Shown here: piece by piece, positions 1 to 11,044 of the stretch
Layout of the letters: each line of letters opens with the position of its first letter
How positions within the stretch are numbered: position 1 is the first letter of the stretch
Source of the DNA: Spirochaetia bacterium
GTDB lineage: Bacteria > Spirochaetota > Spirochaetia > SP-2023
Reading direction: 5' to 3'
Assembly: GCA_965225855.1 (NCBI GenBank)
Contig: CBDDCK010000005.1
Span: 480,001-544,000 of the forward strand
DNA: 64,000 nt
Made by a program: the position numbers and the translations under genes
Notes under the pieces: model-generated
Database searches by the model: none
What the model saw: only the letters and a program-made list of their open reading frames with translations
What the model was told of the DNA's origin: nothing

Positions 1-889
1 TTTGTATTCCTGTTGGAATCACAGCTATTGCTACACGTATCTGGGATCCATAAATTGCATTGTTTATAAAACTTAAAATTTTTACATCGGTGTTGACTTG
101 TTGGAACAAATCTGGGTTTGGGGTATTACGCTCTTGGTAAATTTTGTATTGTAATTGTTGTTGTTTAAAATAAGGCATATCTCTTGCCAGTTTCTGGCAT
201 AGCTGCTGCCAAATAGGTTTTTCCCATAGCAATAATTTTTCTTGTTTGTCGAGGTATAGAGCACCCATTGCTAAAATCAATGCAGCTTCACTGAGATACG
301 GAAAAATTTTAAGCTGGTTGGCGCAGTCAAGAAGAAGTGCCGCGCATGAGCTAGCCGTTTTGATACAACGCAATTGGACTTGTGGTAAACTTAGGCTATC
401 TGGACGATGATCCCAAATGGCAATTACTTCAGGTATTTTTTGCCAATTATCAGGTAGATGGTGGCGATCGATTAATACAAAAGCAGCCAATTCATCGGGG
501 CATTTTAAGGTAAATATTGGCAGATTTTGTTTCTCCGTATTTTTAAGATAAATTGTTTTTTTGGGGTTTAATATGTACTCTAAAGTCGTAAGTTGATCGC
601 CACATTGATATAGTTGACCGAGAAATTGGAGTAGGTAGCAAATATCCTTACGCCATAATAATTCTTGAGAATCGAGTAGAGGGAAAATACAATGGAGTTT
701 GTGCGTTGGGTATCGTTTACGCAATATTTGTAACATTCTATGATAAATATTTTTTGAAGGAGATAAGACTGGTAATTGGTACAAAGTTTGCCAGATTTCG
801 GCAAATAAAATGGAAGATGCTAAAGCATCTAAATCGAGGGCTTCACTAGGTAGGATATAAACATCAGCGGGGGTAGTAGTCTTGTACAA
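1..889 (-). CDS. DHH-family phosphoesterase (exopolyphosphatase/Prune-like), 3' end outside window; not in the ORF track
   Basis: Manual translation gives an open frame from TTG at 889 to the window edge: DVYILPSEALDLDALASSIL (DHH motif I-like), FVLIDRHH, IWDHRP, TASSCAALL, MGALYLD. Confidence 0.6.
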   Translation of the reverse strand, partial: MYKTTTPADVYILPSEALDLDALASSILFAEIWQTLYQLPVLSPSKNIYHRMLQILRKRYPTHKLHCIFPLLDSQELLWRKDICYLLQFLGQLYQCGDQLTTLEYILNPKKTIYLKNTEKQNLPIFTLKCPDELAAFVLIDRHHLPDNWQKIPEVIAIWDHRPDSLSLPQVQLRCIKTASSCAALLLDCANQLKIFPYLSEAALILAMGALYLDKQEKLLLWEKPIWQQLCQKLARDMPYFKQQQLQYKIYQERNTPNPDLFQQVNTDVKILSFINNAIYGSQIRVAIAVIPTGIQ

Positions 890-2306
890 TTTGATTTTTT
901 CCCTTTTTTGTGGAAATTTCAATAAATTTACGGTTGAGCAGTGTACCATTAGAATAGTATAGTAATTCTATATCATGATGGCCTGGAGATATTTGGATTT
1001 CACCAACCCAGCCGACTGAGGGGTAAAAATCCGCTGTGCGTAAATCTGGGCTAGGGCTGCTAACTATAGCACTTCCAACTAAACCCGCTACTAATTGCGC
1101 CAGCGAATTATTCTGTAATCCAGTTTGAACTGCTTCACTAGCAATGACTTTCAAAATAAATGCTGTAATCTGTTTAGGCAGAAAATCAGCGCGCAGACGG
1201 CGAAATAATTCCATTCTGATTTTTGAAAAAGGCTCTAATGGATAAAGTTCTTGTTGTTGCTTTTGATCGATACGAACCAGAATGCGGTTTACACGGTTTT
1301 CTCGTTCCAACATTACCGGCACCATCATTTCATAGTAAGAAAAATTTGTGTTGAGTGCTGGTATCAAAATTGTATCAAAGCCCAATTCAGCTTTTGTATT
1401 GGCATTGTCCATTTGGACAGCTACCCCACCCGGTATTTTTAGAATACGAATGCCTTCTGCATCTTTGTAAACACCAGCTCCGGTAAAAATTATAAAATTG
1501 ATGTTGTTAGAATTTTCATGTACAGTTCCCGTAGGAAGATATTTTTTAGGTATAGAGTGATAATATCCACTAGTATCGGTTAGCTTTTTGAGAGCATCTC
1601 GATTAATACGCCAATCATCGAAACGGCGATCTTCACGGTAATAAATCATACCTAAATATTGCATGAGGGCAGAATTACGAAAATTTAACTGTTGGTTTTT
1701 CTGTTTAAAAATCCCTGTATTGTCAGCGTATTGTTGATAAAGTTTTACTTTTTGATGATTGCGGCGCAGCTCAACTAGAGCCCCTTCTAAAGAATTATTA
1801 TTCCAATAATATAGCGAGGCAAAAATATTTTGCCATAAACTTTCTTGTAGACTGGCTGTATAGAATTGGCTGGGGTTGCTGTTGGCTTGCTTGTGAAAAG
1901 AGTTTTGTTGATTGTCGTTTAGCCGCAAAATTTCTTCGGCCCGTTCGAGAGGGTAGGCATTTTTTGCATTGTCAATTGGCTTTGGGACAATAGAGCGATA
2001 ATATTCTAAATTACTTTGGTTAATATAAAACAGCAATTCATCTTGAGATTTGTAAAGCTCTTGGTAATTTTGGTGCGTTTCCGCAGCAGCAGCATATTGC
2101 CCCGCTCGAAGGAATTTTTCAATGTTGGCTTGATTTTCAGGACCGTAGGCACTTTGGCAACTAAAAAATAATAACAGCAGCCCCCAAAGCACCCCCATTA
2201 TATTTGGATATTTGCTACCTTTCAGGTACTTCGTATATGGTGAGGCAAATACAAATTTGAGGAATCGCGCCATATACCCTAGCAATTTTTTAGCCCAAAT
2301 CCTCAA
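864..2306 (-). CDS. COG3014-like lipoprotein
   Basis: 480 aa, lipobox-like LLLFFSC, ALVELRR and PDLRT motifs; adjacent to an LpoB-like gene. Confidence 0.6.
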   Translation of the reverse strand: MRIWAKKLLGYMARFLKFVFASPYTKYLKGSKYPNIMGVLWGLLLLFFSCQSAYGPENQANIEKFLRAGQYAAAAETHQNYQELYKSQDELLFYINQSNLEYYRSIVPKPIDNAKNAYPLERAEEILRLNDNQQNSFHKQANSNPSQFYTASLQESLWQNIFASLYYWNNNSLEGALVELRRNHQKVKLYQQYADNTGIFKQKNQQLNFRNSALMQYLGMIYYREDRRFDDWRINRDALKKLTDTSGYYHSIPKKYLPTGTVHENSNNINFIIFTGAGVYKDAEGIRILKIPGGVAVQMDNANTKAELGFDTILIPALNTNFSYYEMMVPVMLERENRVNRILVRIDQKQQQELYPLEPFSKIRMELFRRLRADFLPKQITAFILKVIASEAVQTGLQNNSLAQLVAGLVGSAIVSSPSPDLRTADFYPSVGWVGEIQISPGHHDIELLYYSNGTLLNRKFIEISTKKGKNQIVQDYYPR

Positions 2307-2308
2307 AT

Positions 2309-2950
2309 CTACCAGTCATTATTGAATCGTTCTGTGGTATTTCGGCGCAATTGGGCCGATTTATTAATGAGCTTTTTGATGCGTTCGGTGCCAACCCAAG
2401 CTTTAATATTACTTTCTATATTAATCAATTCCATACTGACTAAATAATATATAATTTTTTGCCCAGGAGTTTCTTCCACCTTTGAATTGATACTGCCAAT
2501 GAGCATAAAATCTGCACCCGTTTCTTGGGCAATACGTTTCATAGTTTCTTCACTCGCATTGGATTGTTGATCCTCGCGTTCACCACGTATTTGGCTGCGC
2601 TCGGTAGAACTAGCGACAAAAGTAACTTGTCCGCTGTTGATCAATTCCGCTTCTAAATCTTTGACAAACAAAGGGGTATCAATATGTTCTGAAGTGTTAT
2701 TGCGCACATTCCCCACAATCACAACAGGAGGCTCGGATTCTTCCCAGCGTTCTAGCCAACCACCAGATAAAACGCTATCGACCATTGTAGAGGCAATTTG
2801 TTGAGAGTCCGTATCATTCCATTCCCCCGTTAGATCATAGGTTTCATCAGCGGCAATGCGCTTTACCCCTGTATTTGAACTCATGCCGATACAGGCATAA
2901 AAAAGTATGCTTGAGAGTAATGTTGAAAGCAATTTCGCTTGGGTTCTCAT
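2309..2950 (-). CDS. Penicillin-binding protein activator LpoB-like lipoprotein
   Basis: Lipoprotein signal (FYAC); DLTGEWNDTD, VRNNTSEHIDT, GADFMLIGSI motifs. Confidence 0.75.
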   Translation of the reverse strand: MRTQAKLLSTLLSSILFYACIGMSSNTGVKRIAADETYDLTGEWNDTDSQQIASTMVDSVLSGGWLERWEESEPPVVIVGNVRNNTSEHIDTPLFVKDLEAELINSGQVTFVASSTERSQIRGEREDQQSNASEETMKRIAQETGADFMLIGSINSKVEETPGQKIIYYLVSMELINIESNIKAWVGTERIKKLINKSAQLRRNTTERFNNDW

Positions 2951-2994
2951 AATATTTTTCCTTCTTATTAGAAATTCAAAATTAAAGTTTAAAA

Positions 2995-4833
2995 TTAGTT
3001 TCGTTTACAGACCTGTTGCAATACAGCTTTTATGCGGCGTATACCTTGGGACGAAGATTGTTCTTTAGCAATTTTGAAACGCCCTAAACGGCTTATCTCG
3101 CCTGTATTTTTAACATGAGGGCCACCACAAACTTCCAATGAGAAATTACCTATAGCATAAACTTGGATTTCCTCATCGTATTGCTCGGTAAATAAAGCGC
3201 GGGCTCCACGAGATTCTGCTTCTGCCAAATTCATCGTGCTATAACAAACCTCTAGATTTTGTTCTATTTGCTCATTGACCATAGCTTCCACTAAATTTAT
3301 TTCTTTAGGCTTCATCGCTTGTGGGTGCGAAAAGTCAAAACGCATACGCTCTGCTGTGATGTTACTACCGCGCTGTTCTACATGTTCGCCAAGCACTCGT
3401 CGCAGGGCTTCGTGTAATAGATGTGTGGCTGTATGGTAGGCCGTAGTCATCTGGGAGTGATCAGCCAGGCCGCCTTTAAAGATTTTATCGGCACCTTTCC
3501 TTGAGTTATCACGGTGCTTAGCGAAGGCTTTTTTAAAACCTTCATGATCCACGGTTAGCCCTAACTCAGCAACAATTTCTTCCGTCAACTCCAGCGGGAA
3601 ACCGTAAGTATCATAGAGCTTAAAAGCCAAACGGCCCGATAATATATTCGACTTTGAATGTTCCTGTATATCTTTTAGTATGCACTGCAATTCTTTCTCA
3701 CCTTTATGCAGTGTTTGGATAAAACGCTGCTCTTCTTGAGCTATCTCTTTGATTATAAATTCTTTGCGGCTATGTAGGCTAGGGTAGGCTGTACCGAGTT
3801 TTTCTATAATGGTTTGGGCAATAGGGTCTAGGAAGCTACCTTTAATTTGCAGGTTCTTACCATAGCGTATGGCACGCCGCAACAAACGGCGCAGTATGTA
3901 ACCCTGCCCTAAATTGGAAGGCGGCACACCGAGCCGATCACCCAAAATCATTACACTGGCACGCAAGTGATCGGCAATAATACGAAAACTGCGATCTTCT
4001 AGGCTATCGGTGTGCTGATAAATAAATTGCGGTTTGCTATTTTGCGCTGTACACTCGCTGATCGTTTGCAGTATGGGGGAGAATATTTCTGTTTCAAATA
4101 CAGATGCTTTGCCGTTGAGCATGGCAACAGTTCGCTCTAAACCCATACCTGTATCGACACAACATCGCTCTAGCAATTGATAAGCGCCCCCGGCTGTTTT
4201 GTTGTACTGTATAAATACATCATTCCAAATTTCAATGTACTTACCGCAAGAACAATTACTGGGCTGACAACTATCGCCACAGTTTACTTTGCCAGTATCG
4301 TAAAACATTTCACTATCTGGGCCACAAGGCCCTGTTTGTCCTGCTGGTCCCCACCAATTATCTTTGCGGGTTAGGAAGTAAATACGCTCTGGTGGTATAC
4401 CAAGCTGCTGCCAGATATTTGCAGCTTGTTCATCGCGAGGGATTAGACCTTCTTCTCCTGCAAAAACGGTAACCGAAAGCCGATCAGCTCTAAGGTCTAA
4501 AACTTGAGTGAGAAACTCATAGCTCATATGGAGAGCTTCTTCCTTGAAGTAGTCACCTAAAGACCAATTGCCTAGCATCTCAAAGAATGTTAAGTGATTG
4601 GCGTCGCCAACTTCATCTATATCCCCTGTGCGGATACAAGGCTGGCAGTTGACTAACCGCTTACCTTCTGGGTGCTCTTGACCCAAGAGGTAGGGGACGA
4701 GGGGGTGCATGCCTGCCGTAGTAAAGAGCACCGTTGGATCATTCTCCGGAAATAGAGACTTTGCCGAAATTTCGCGGTGGGCATGCTTTTCAAAGAAGGA
4801 TATATATGCTTTTCGTAACTCGTTAGCAGTCAT
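2995..4833 (-). CDS. alaS: Alanine--tRNA ligase, short form lacking C-Ala domain
   Basis: DPTVLFTTAGM, HLTFFEMLGNWS, DTGMGLER, editing-domain HTATHLLH and CGGPHV; 612 aa. Confidence 0.97.
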   Translation of the reverse strand: MTANELRKAYISFFEKHAHREISAKSLFPENDPTVLFTTAGMHPLVPYLLGQEHPEGKRLVNCQPCIRTGDIDEVGDANHLTFFEMLGNWSLGDYFKEEALHMSYEFLTQVLDLRADRLSVTVFAGEEGLIPRDEQAANIWQQLGIPPERIYFLTRKDNWWGPAGQTGPCGPDSEMFYDTGKVNCGDSCQPSNCSCGKYIEIWNDVFIQYNKTAGGAYQLLERCCVDTGMGLERTVAMLNGKASVFETEIFSPILQTISECTAQNSKPQFIYQHTDSLEDRSFRIIADHLRASVMILGDRLGVPPSNLGQGYILRRLLRRAIRYGKNLQIKGSFLDPIAQTIIEKLGTAYPSLHSRKEFIIKEIAQEEQRFIQTLHKGEKELQCILKDIQEHSKSNILSGRLAFKLYDTYGFPLELTEEIVAELGLTVDHEGFKKAFAKHRDNSRKGADKIFKGGLADHSQMTTAYHTATHLLHEALRRVLGEHVEQRGSNITAERMRFDFSHPQAMKPKEINLVEAMVNEQIEQNLEVCYSTMNLAEAESRGARALFTEQYDEEIQVYAIGNFSLEVCGGPHVKNTGEISRLGRFKIAKEQSSSQGIRRIKAVLQQVCKRN

Positions 4834-5214
4834 TTTAAAGCCTCACAAGGTAGCTTGGATTAATAAACAAAACATCCTACAGATATTCAAAGATTTTGAC
4901 AAGGTAGTATCCGATTTTAAATAGAATATATATTACGTTAAATATAAGCAATATTAGAGTTTAGCCATAGATATTTTTACCAGATATTTTATTCCGCCTA
5001 TATTTATGGGCCAATTCTTACATACAGCGGCTTTATAAAACGGTTTCCTTATCAGCTCTAATGTAATTAAACAAATCTTTATTATTGATAGGCCCTTATT
5101 GGTTTTAAAGATCAATGTTATCTAAATATTATTGCTATTTATAATGTCTACTTGTTTATTATATCCTATCGTTAAGAATACCGATTTTGAATAAAACATT
5201 TATTTTATATCGTA

Positions 5215-7005
5215 CTATTGATAGGTTAGTAGCGATAATAGCAATGATTCAAAACTTTGGCTTAGTTGCAATAGTTGGGGCCAATCACATTTTTGAGTTT
5301 CTTTGTAGCCGGCTTTAGGTAGACAAAGACGCAATAGGTAGTCTGCAGCATAGTTTTCACTTTGCCACCACTGTACAGAATTACCTAGTTCACCTTCACG
5401 AATATAGCGTTGCAGATGCCACAGAATGTTTAGTTCGGTTTGCCAAAACTCTCGCACAGCTTGTCTCCCCCGTTGCGTTGAAGGTTGAATATTTTGCCTA
5501 TTTTTTTGACTAATAGCCTCGTTATTGTGATTCGTTTGGCTATTATTCTTACGATAATAATAATTTAGGGCGGCACTAGCTTGGGCATAATTTAATTTTT
5601 GAATTGCGCTAAACTTCATTGGCCCATCGAGGTAAGCAACTAGCTCGGCTGTACTATAGCGCATAAGGTAATTTTGCAATTGCTGTGCGTAACTACAGAG
5701 TATTTTGTCGGTAACAAAACCTTCGGTAACAAAAGGATTGTTCGTTAAGGGCCTCTGCAAGCTAGCGGCAAAAGAGTTTAGTGGTTGCAGGCGGCTCGAA
5801 TGCTGTAGTAGCTTTTGGTGAATCGATGTAGAGCGAACATGGTGTAAATCTTTAGGGTAGGCAAAGTCATAGCCTAGTAACAATAAGAATCGAGGCCGAC
5901 ACTGCAAGGCCACTGCTAGGGAGGTAACCCCCACCGAACCTAGTGGTTCCAGCGGCATCGGTTTAGTATTCGTTTGGCAATGGTGAGCAACCGATTCTTG
6001 CAACTTGCTGAACCGCTGCCACAAAGACATTGGCGCAAATTCAGTAGCCATGAGCACAAAGGGGAAGGGCATTGTAGTGAAACTGCGTGGGTCGCAGCTA
6101 AGGTCGGCCACTTGCATAAAGGTAGCTTGTCGCTGCCATTGCTGCTCTAATTTTGTAACCAGGTTGCCTACTCCGTAGAAATCTTGCAAGTTTAATACTT
6201 GGGCGTCTAAATTGATAACGTAATCTGGTATGATTTGGGCACAAAGCAATGGCAGCAAAGCTGTGTCGACAGATAATAGGGTAAACTTTTTGCGTTCCTG
6301 CCGCAGCCAAGCATAATGTTGTTCTAAAGATGGCCCTGCTGCTACTAATATTGCGTTCGTTAATTTTGATGGCAAAGCTTGGCAATGGGGCAATTGGGCT
6401 ACATTGCGAAAAAAATTCCGTAGCCATAAAGGCCCCAATTTATTTAATGCCAAGCGATTCTGCCAGAAATTCTGGTTGTAAGATTCCAGCCATTCCAATA
6501 CAGGCTGAAAGGCTGTTTTTTGTAAGGTAAAGGCCCTACTTAGGGGCAAGATACGTATGCGGCGAAAACACCAGCTATCCCAGCATTCATTGCCTTGTAA
6601 CCATTTATGTAAACGCCAAATTGCATAGTCTAGTTTTGTACCAAATTTTCTACGATAACCAGCAAGTAAGGGCAAAAATGCAGTGGATTCATTCTGTAGT
6701 ATAAAATCTTGATTCGATGTTAAACTGGCTATTAGGTTTATGCCAGCTTTTTTGAATAGTGGGTACAAATAGTTTGCAGAAAATTCGGCTAGCTCTGAGT
6801 CCCATTCCAATAGCAACAGGCGTGAAGTTTTTGGCAATTGTGCCAAAATTTCCAATAGCCCAGGCCCATGGCCAGGGCTAGGCCAAACATACAGACAAGC
6901 TTCTTCCCAAGTTTGGGGTATCTTGCCTAAAACATTGCGATATAGAGCTTTGCCATTCCAGTAAAGCTGATCTTCTGTTTGATTAAAACAAAGCCGCCCA
7001 GTCAA
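5215..7005 (-). CDS. Maf/MptE-like (DUF115) protein
   Basis: AILVAAGPSL, SVDTAL, IIPDYVINLD, GSVG, LLGYDFAY motifs. Confidence 0.75.
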   Translation of the reverse strand: MTGRLCFNQTEDQLYWNGKALYRNVLGKIPQTWEEACLYVWPSPGHGPGLLEILAQLPKTSRLLLLEWDSELAEFSANYLYPLFKKAGINLIASLTSNQDFILQNESTAFLPLLAGYRRKFGTKLDYAIWRLHKWLQGNECWDSWCFRRIRILPLSRAFTLQKTAFQPVLEWLESYNQNFWQNRLALNKLGPLWLRNFFRNVAQLPHCQALPSKLTNAILVAAGPSLEQHYAWLRQERKKFTLLSVDTALLPLLCAQIIPDYVINLDAQVLNLQDFYGVGNLVTKLEQQWQRQATFMQVADLSCDPRSFTTMPFPFVLMATEFAPMSLWQRFSKLQESVAHHCQTNTKPMPLEPLGSVGVTSLAVALQCRPRFLLLLGYDFAYPKDLHHVRSTSIHQKLLQHSSRLQPLNSFAASLQRPLTNNPFVTEGFVTDKILCSYAQQLQNYLMRYSTAELVAYLDGPMKFSAIQKLNYAQASAALNYYYRKNNSQTNHNNEAISQKNRQNIQPSTQRGRQAVREFWQTELNILWHLQRYIREGELGNSVQWWQSENYAADYLLRLCLPKAGYKETQKCDWPQLLQLSQSFESLLLSLLTYQ

Positions 7006-7060
7006 TTTTCTCTTGTTTCCCTATTGTTGTTCTAATGACAATAAGCTGCATGTTTTCATT

Positions 7061-8833
7061 TTAAGGAGCTTGTGCATTACTCCATGAGTTATAGGCATTC
7101 TCGAAATTTTGGCTTAAATTTCGTTTGTTTAAAAATTTCAATTCCTGCCCACCTGTTAAAAGGCTACTGAAATAGTAGTTGTATAAAGATTTTTTGCTGT
7201 CCAATCCGTCTGTTTTACTACGAGCAAAATCTCGAACATTTGAGTCGCGAAACTCGTCTAAGCGAAAAAATGCAATGTACTGTTGGTCAGCTTGGTTTTG
7301 TTCATCGACTCCAAACAACATGACTTTGCTAAATTCACCGATTTTCAACGAAAAGATATCTTCAAAGAATTGCTTGGATTTGGCAATTACAGCAGCTAAG
7401 CTATCTTCTGTAAAAGATTTTGTCATTGATTCATACAATGGAGTAGAGCCTTCACTACTGTAGTTGAAACCAAAAAATTCTGGTGTTGTACTGAAACTAG
7501 CTTGTACACCCAATCCTTCTTGATCTAAGAATTCAAGATTGTCCGCAGATTCTGCTCTGGATTTTAATATTTCCAGATTTTTCCGGAAATAATTGGTAAT
7601 CAATGAAATTTCATTGTCTTCAATATAACTGCGCACGGTGGAGGCTACAGCAGTAAATGCAGTTTCTTGTTGAGTTGACTCTTCTGTTTGTGTTGGTTTT
7701 ATTGAATCACTTAGTTCATTTTCAGTTTGGTTTTCACCTGGTGTTGCATCTTCTATCTTGTCTTTTACATCTTCTTCTGCTTTAATTTCTTCTGCTGTCT
7801 TGATTTGAAAAAAATACCATTGATCGGCTAGTTTATACGGGCCAGCATATTGGCCTTGTTGTAAAGCAAAAATTTTATCGGACCATTCGCTAGCTAAATC
7901 TCCTGTAACATCGCCTATAGAATCACGACTAAAGAAATCACGAATTTCATAGTAAAATTTATAACCATATTCCCCTTTGCTCTGGCTATAGACATCATTA
8001 GAATAGATTTGGGCTAGCTCGCCAAAATTACCATTATTCTTTAGCTCTTCTTCCACTTTTTCTAAATTGTCCTTAGAATCGACAACAATTCGGCGCATAA
8101 ACTGTTTTTGAAATAGATTGGAATTTTCATTGTAAAATTTTTCCACTTCTGTTTCAGGGAAATTGGCAACCTTGTAGTATAGATACGATACTTTTCGAAC
8201 ATCGCCTAAAGTGGGAACGAGCAATTCCAATTCTTTGTTGTTAATGAGCTCTGCTGATTCGTAGATATCGTTCCAAATATTTTGGGCAGCAGCGTAATGC
8301 ATAATATTTTGGACGTTCTTTAAGCGATTTGGTTCATCTTGTAGTTGATTCCAAGCCGCACGATTAAACTTTCCATTTTGGACAAATTGTTTGTAGATCA
8401 GAGCATTGGCTTCTTGATTGCTCACATCATTGCCCCGATCACGCAAGAAAAAGTAATGGCCATATTGATTGACGGTAGAAAAGAACGCTCTTTCAAACAC
8501 GATACGACGCTGATAATCGCTACTGGTACTATCAATGCCAAACTGATTGAGTAAACTATTTAAATTATTATTAAATAAACCATAATTTTCTGTATATTGA
8601 ATTGGCTCACCTTTATAATTGCCAAAGTGAATATTTTGGCTTGCACTAACATTATTGCTTAAAATCGGCCAAGCTACAAATGATACGACAACAACAACTA
8701 AAATAATCATAGCTCCATAGCTCATTTGCTTTTGCAATTTCTTGTGCTTAATTTGATGTGTACTCTCATCTTTTGAAGCAATCAATTTTTTGTCAGTTTT
8801 TTCATTGTTTTCCATTTGTTTTCCATTCCTCAA
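7061..8833 (-). CDS. SurA/PpiD-like peptidyl-prolyl isomerase or periplasmic chaperone
   Basis: N-terminal TM anchor, FGNYKGEPI, parvulin-like FGELAQIYSND...GEYGY. Confidence 0.75.
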   Translation of the reverse strand: MRNGKQMENNEKTDKKLIASKDESTHQIKHKKLQKQMSYGAMIILVVVVVSFVAWPILSNNVSASQNIHFGNYKGEPIQYTENYGLFNNNLNSLLNQFGIDSTSSDYQRRIVFERAFFSTVNQYGHYFFLRDRGNDVSNQEANALIYKQFVQNGKFNRAAWNQLQDEPNRLKNVQNIMHYAAAQNIWNDIYESAELINNKELELLVPTLGDVRKVSYLYYKVANFPETEVEKFYNENSNLFQKQFMRRIVVDSKDNLEKVEEELKNNGNFGELAQIYSNDVYSQSKGEYGYKFYYEIRDFFSRDSIGDVTGDLASEWSDKIFALQQGQYAGPYKLADQWYFFQIKTAEEIKAEEDVKDKIEDATPGENQTENELSDSIKPTQTEESTQQETAFTAVASTVRSYIEDNEISLITNYFRKNLEILKSRAESADNLEFLDQEGLGVQASFSTTPEFFGFNYSSEGSTPLYESMTKSFTEDSLAAVIAKSKQFFEDIFSLKIGEFSKVMLFGVDEQNQADQQYIAFFRLDEFRDSNVRDFARSKTDGLDSKKSLYNYYFSSLLTGGQELKFLNKRNLSQNFENAYNSWSNAQAP

Positions 8834-8990
8834 TTATTTTTTTGAGCTTTTTGTTTTGCACAGACAATCATGCCATAAATTAGAAAAATTATCGAAAATA
8901 ATAGATCAATATTTATCTATATACAAATAATATAAAAGCAAAAACTTTATATCTAAATTACAATTAGAGAGTCCATCTTTATTTTTTTAT

Positions 8991-10793
8991 TCATAATTTG
9001 TAATAAGAGCGAACCAAAGCTTGGATACTCTTAAAAGCATGCACCGCATTTGCAATATCAGATAACAAATTTTGCCTAGAAGAATTGGGCATCGGTACAC
9101 TGAGAGCCTCGTTCAATTTAGGATTATCACTAATAGCAATACTTTGCAATTGAGACACTACTGTTTCAAATGTAGTGTTGGCTAATTCCAACAAATTATT
9201 TGCCTCTGTATCAATTGCTTGAATCTGCACTCTGATCTGATGAAGCAAATTACCAGTATCATTTTTTTCTAAACGATAGATAATGTTCATTAAATTTTTA
9301 CCCCAAGCCCTCTCAGGACTTAATTCACTATTAAAAATACGCAGACGCTCTTCTAAATTATCCAAAGCCATACTCTGATTCATCAAAACTGTACGAAATA
9401 GCGATGTTTTCGAGAATACCTTACGTACTAAATAAACGAAAATCCTTTTAATATTTATGGTATAGTATTTTGTTAAAAAATTGTAAATAATATTGACTTC
9501 GTCAACATGACCAAAGCCCGGAACATCGGGGAAACGCCCCGTATTGACAATACTATCATTGCGGTAGTATTGTAGTAGAGAATGTTCATAATCAATTAGG
9601 AAATCCTCTTTTGCATCGGCGTTGCATTCATTGCGCACTTGCTTGATAAAAATATCGAGTTCCGATAGTAACTGCTTTTCAACAAATCTTTTAATCCTAT
9701 CTTTCATTTTCAAAGAAGATAATTCGATTGATCTGGGATTATAAAAATAATTTGAGCTACACAGTCGTATTAGATCGCTAAACGGATACTTAGAAATTTT
9801 AGTATTCCAAATTTTACAAAATTCTCCAAGCCTTTTCAGTAGTTCCTCATTTTCGCTGACCTTTTTCGTAATATTTTCTAAAGAAATTTCTTGATCATTT
9901 TCAGCTAATATTATTCCACATGATAAAATATATTTAGCGACATCATTCGTTTCAAGCTTAGAAAGCATCGGCACAAATTGGTAGAAATTTTCAAAGTGCG
10001 CTTTGAGGCTCATCGATATGATGCAATCATCAAAACGTCCTGTTTTTAGCGTGATGATAGAGCCCCCTAACGCTATAAAAAATTTTTTATAGCCAAAATT
10101 AATAAATAGAAACAAATAGTAAAAATCATTTAAACTATTAACTAGAGAACTCGCAAATACTGGATTGATGTTCATCGAGTATTTACGGATTATCGAATAC
10201 TGTTTAGTAAGGTATTCTCGGAGAGTTTCTCCACTTTGCTGGATTTTCTCTCGTAAGAGATCTAAGTCTATTACTTCAGAGAGATTGCGATTCATGTCAA
10301 TATCTTTGTATAAATGCTTGAACGCATACCGAGTATAAATTTCCAAACTTTTACTTTGTTTAAACATAGGCTTCAATATAGCAGCAAAATTATTAGCCAT
10401 AAGAAATGCCTTGTACAGTTCAGAGATAAACTTACCAGAAATCATCTTTGTATTGGAAAGAACTAAACCCCGCCCCGCCTTTTGGATTTTATTGGTCAAC
10501 TCAGCTAGCAGAGATTCATGATACAGTTCTGCAGGGGTTCCTTGACTGAATAATGACTTAATGCTGTAAATACCACGTATAATAGCAGGTTCACTCTTAT
10601 ACGCTTTGTTCAGCTGAATTCTGCGATTCTCTTCTTCTTGCTCTATGGCTCTAGCAATTTCTTGTTTTTTTTCTAAAATCTGTCTATCTTGTAGTTTTTG
10701 CACTTTATCAGAAACGATTTTTTCTTTTTCTTTCTCTAGGTCATTTGCAAGCCTCTTTTTTTGTTTTTTAGAAATATCACTTACATTTTTCAT
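8991..10793 (-). CDS. Conserved spirochaete protein (DUF5312-like)
   Basis: 600 aa helical protein with a coiled-coil N-terminus; family call from recollection. Confidence 0.5.
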   Translation of the reverse strand: MKNVSDISKKQKKRLANDLEKEKEKIVSDKVQKLQDRQILEKKQEIARAIEQEEENRRIQLNKAYKSEPAIIRGIYSIKSLFSQGTPAELYHESLLAELTNKIQKAGRGLVLSNTKMISGKFISELYKAFLMANNFAAILKPMFKQSKSLEIYTRYAFKHLYKDIDMNRNLSEVIDLDLLREKIQQSGETLREYLTKQYSIIRKYSMNINPVFASSLVNSLNDFYYLFLFINFGYKKFFIALGGSIITLKTGRFDDCIISMSLKAHFENFYQFVPMLSKLETNDVAKYILSCGIILAENDQEISLENITKKVSENEELLKRLGEFCKIWNTKISKYPFSDLIRLCSSNYFYNPRSIELSSLKMKDRIKRFVEKQLLSELDIFIKQVRNECNADAKEDFLIDYEHSLLQYYRNDSIVNTGRFPDVPGFGHVDEVNIIYNFLTKYYTINIKRIFVYLVRKVFSKTSLFRTVLMNQSMALDNLEERLRIFNSELSPERAWGKNLMNIIYRLEKNDTGNLLHQIRVQIQAIDTEANNLLELANTTFETVVSQLQSIAISDNPKLNEALSVPMPNSSRQNLLSDIANAVHAFKSIQALVRSYYKL

Positions 10794-11044
10794 AAAGTTT
10801 TCTAAGACGCCCCTTCATAAAACATTTCCAGAATTCTTGGAACAGGAATTTTGGAGTTTGCATTCCATTAGTTTTTGTTATTTCCAGCATTCATTATACA
10901 AAGTTTTTTGTTTGCTAAAGCCCTATACTCTAAGGGCTACTACAAGCCAGCAGCAATCAGCTTTTTTAAGGATATTTGCTTAGATTGTCAATATCTTAAT
11001 ATTTCGATCAAAATTATTATTTTTTATCCTTTTAAAATGTTACT

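Noticed and set aside
4834..5214. AT-rich intergenic region upstream of alaS with a loose repeat (CCGATTTT at ~4911 and ~5181)
   Set aside because: No T-box, ORF or convincing periodicity found; the repeat is too short for AT-rich DNA.
8855..8875. Possible sigma-54 site upstream of the SurA-like gene
   Set aside because: TGGCAT is present on the minus strand but the GC is not at the required GG-N10-GC spacing.
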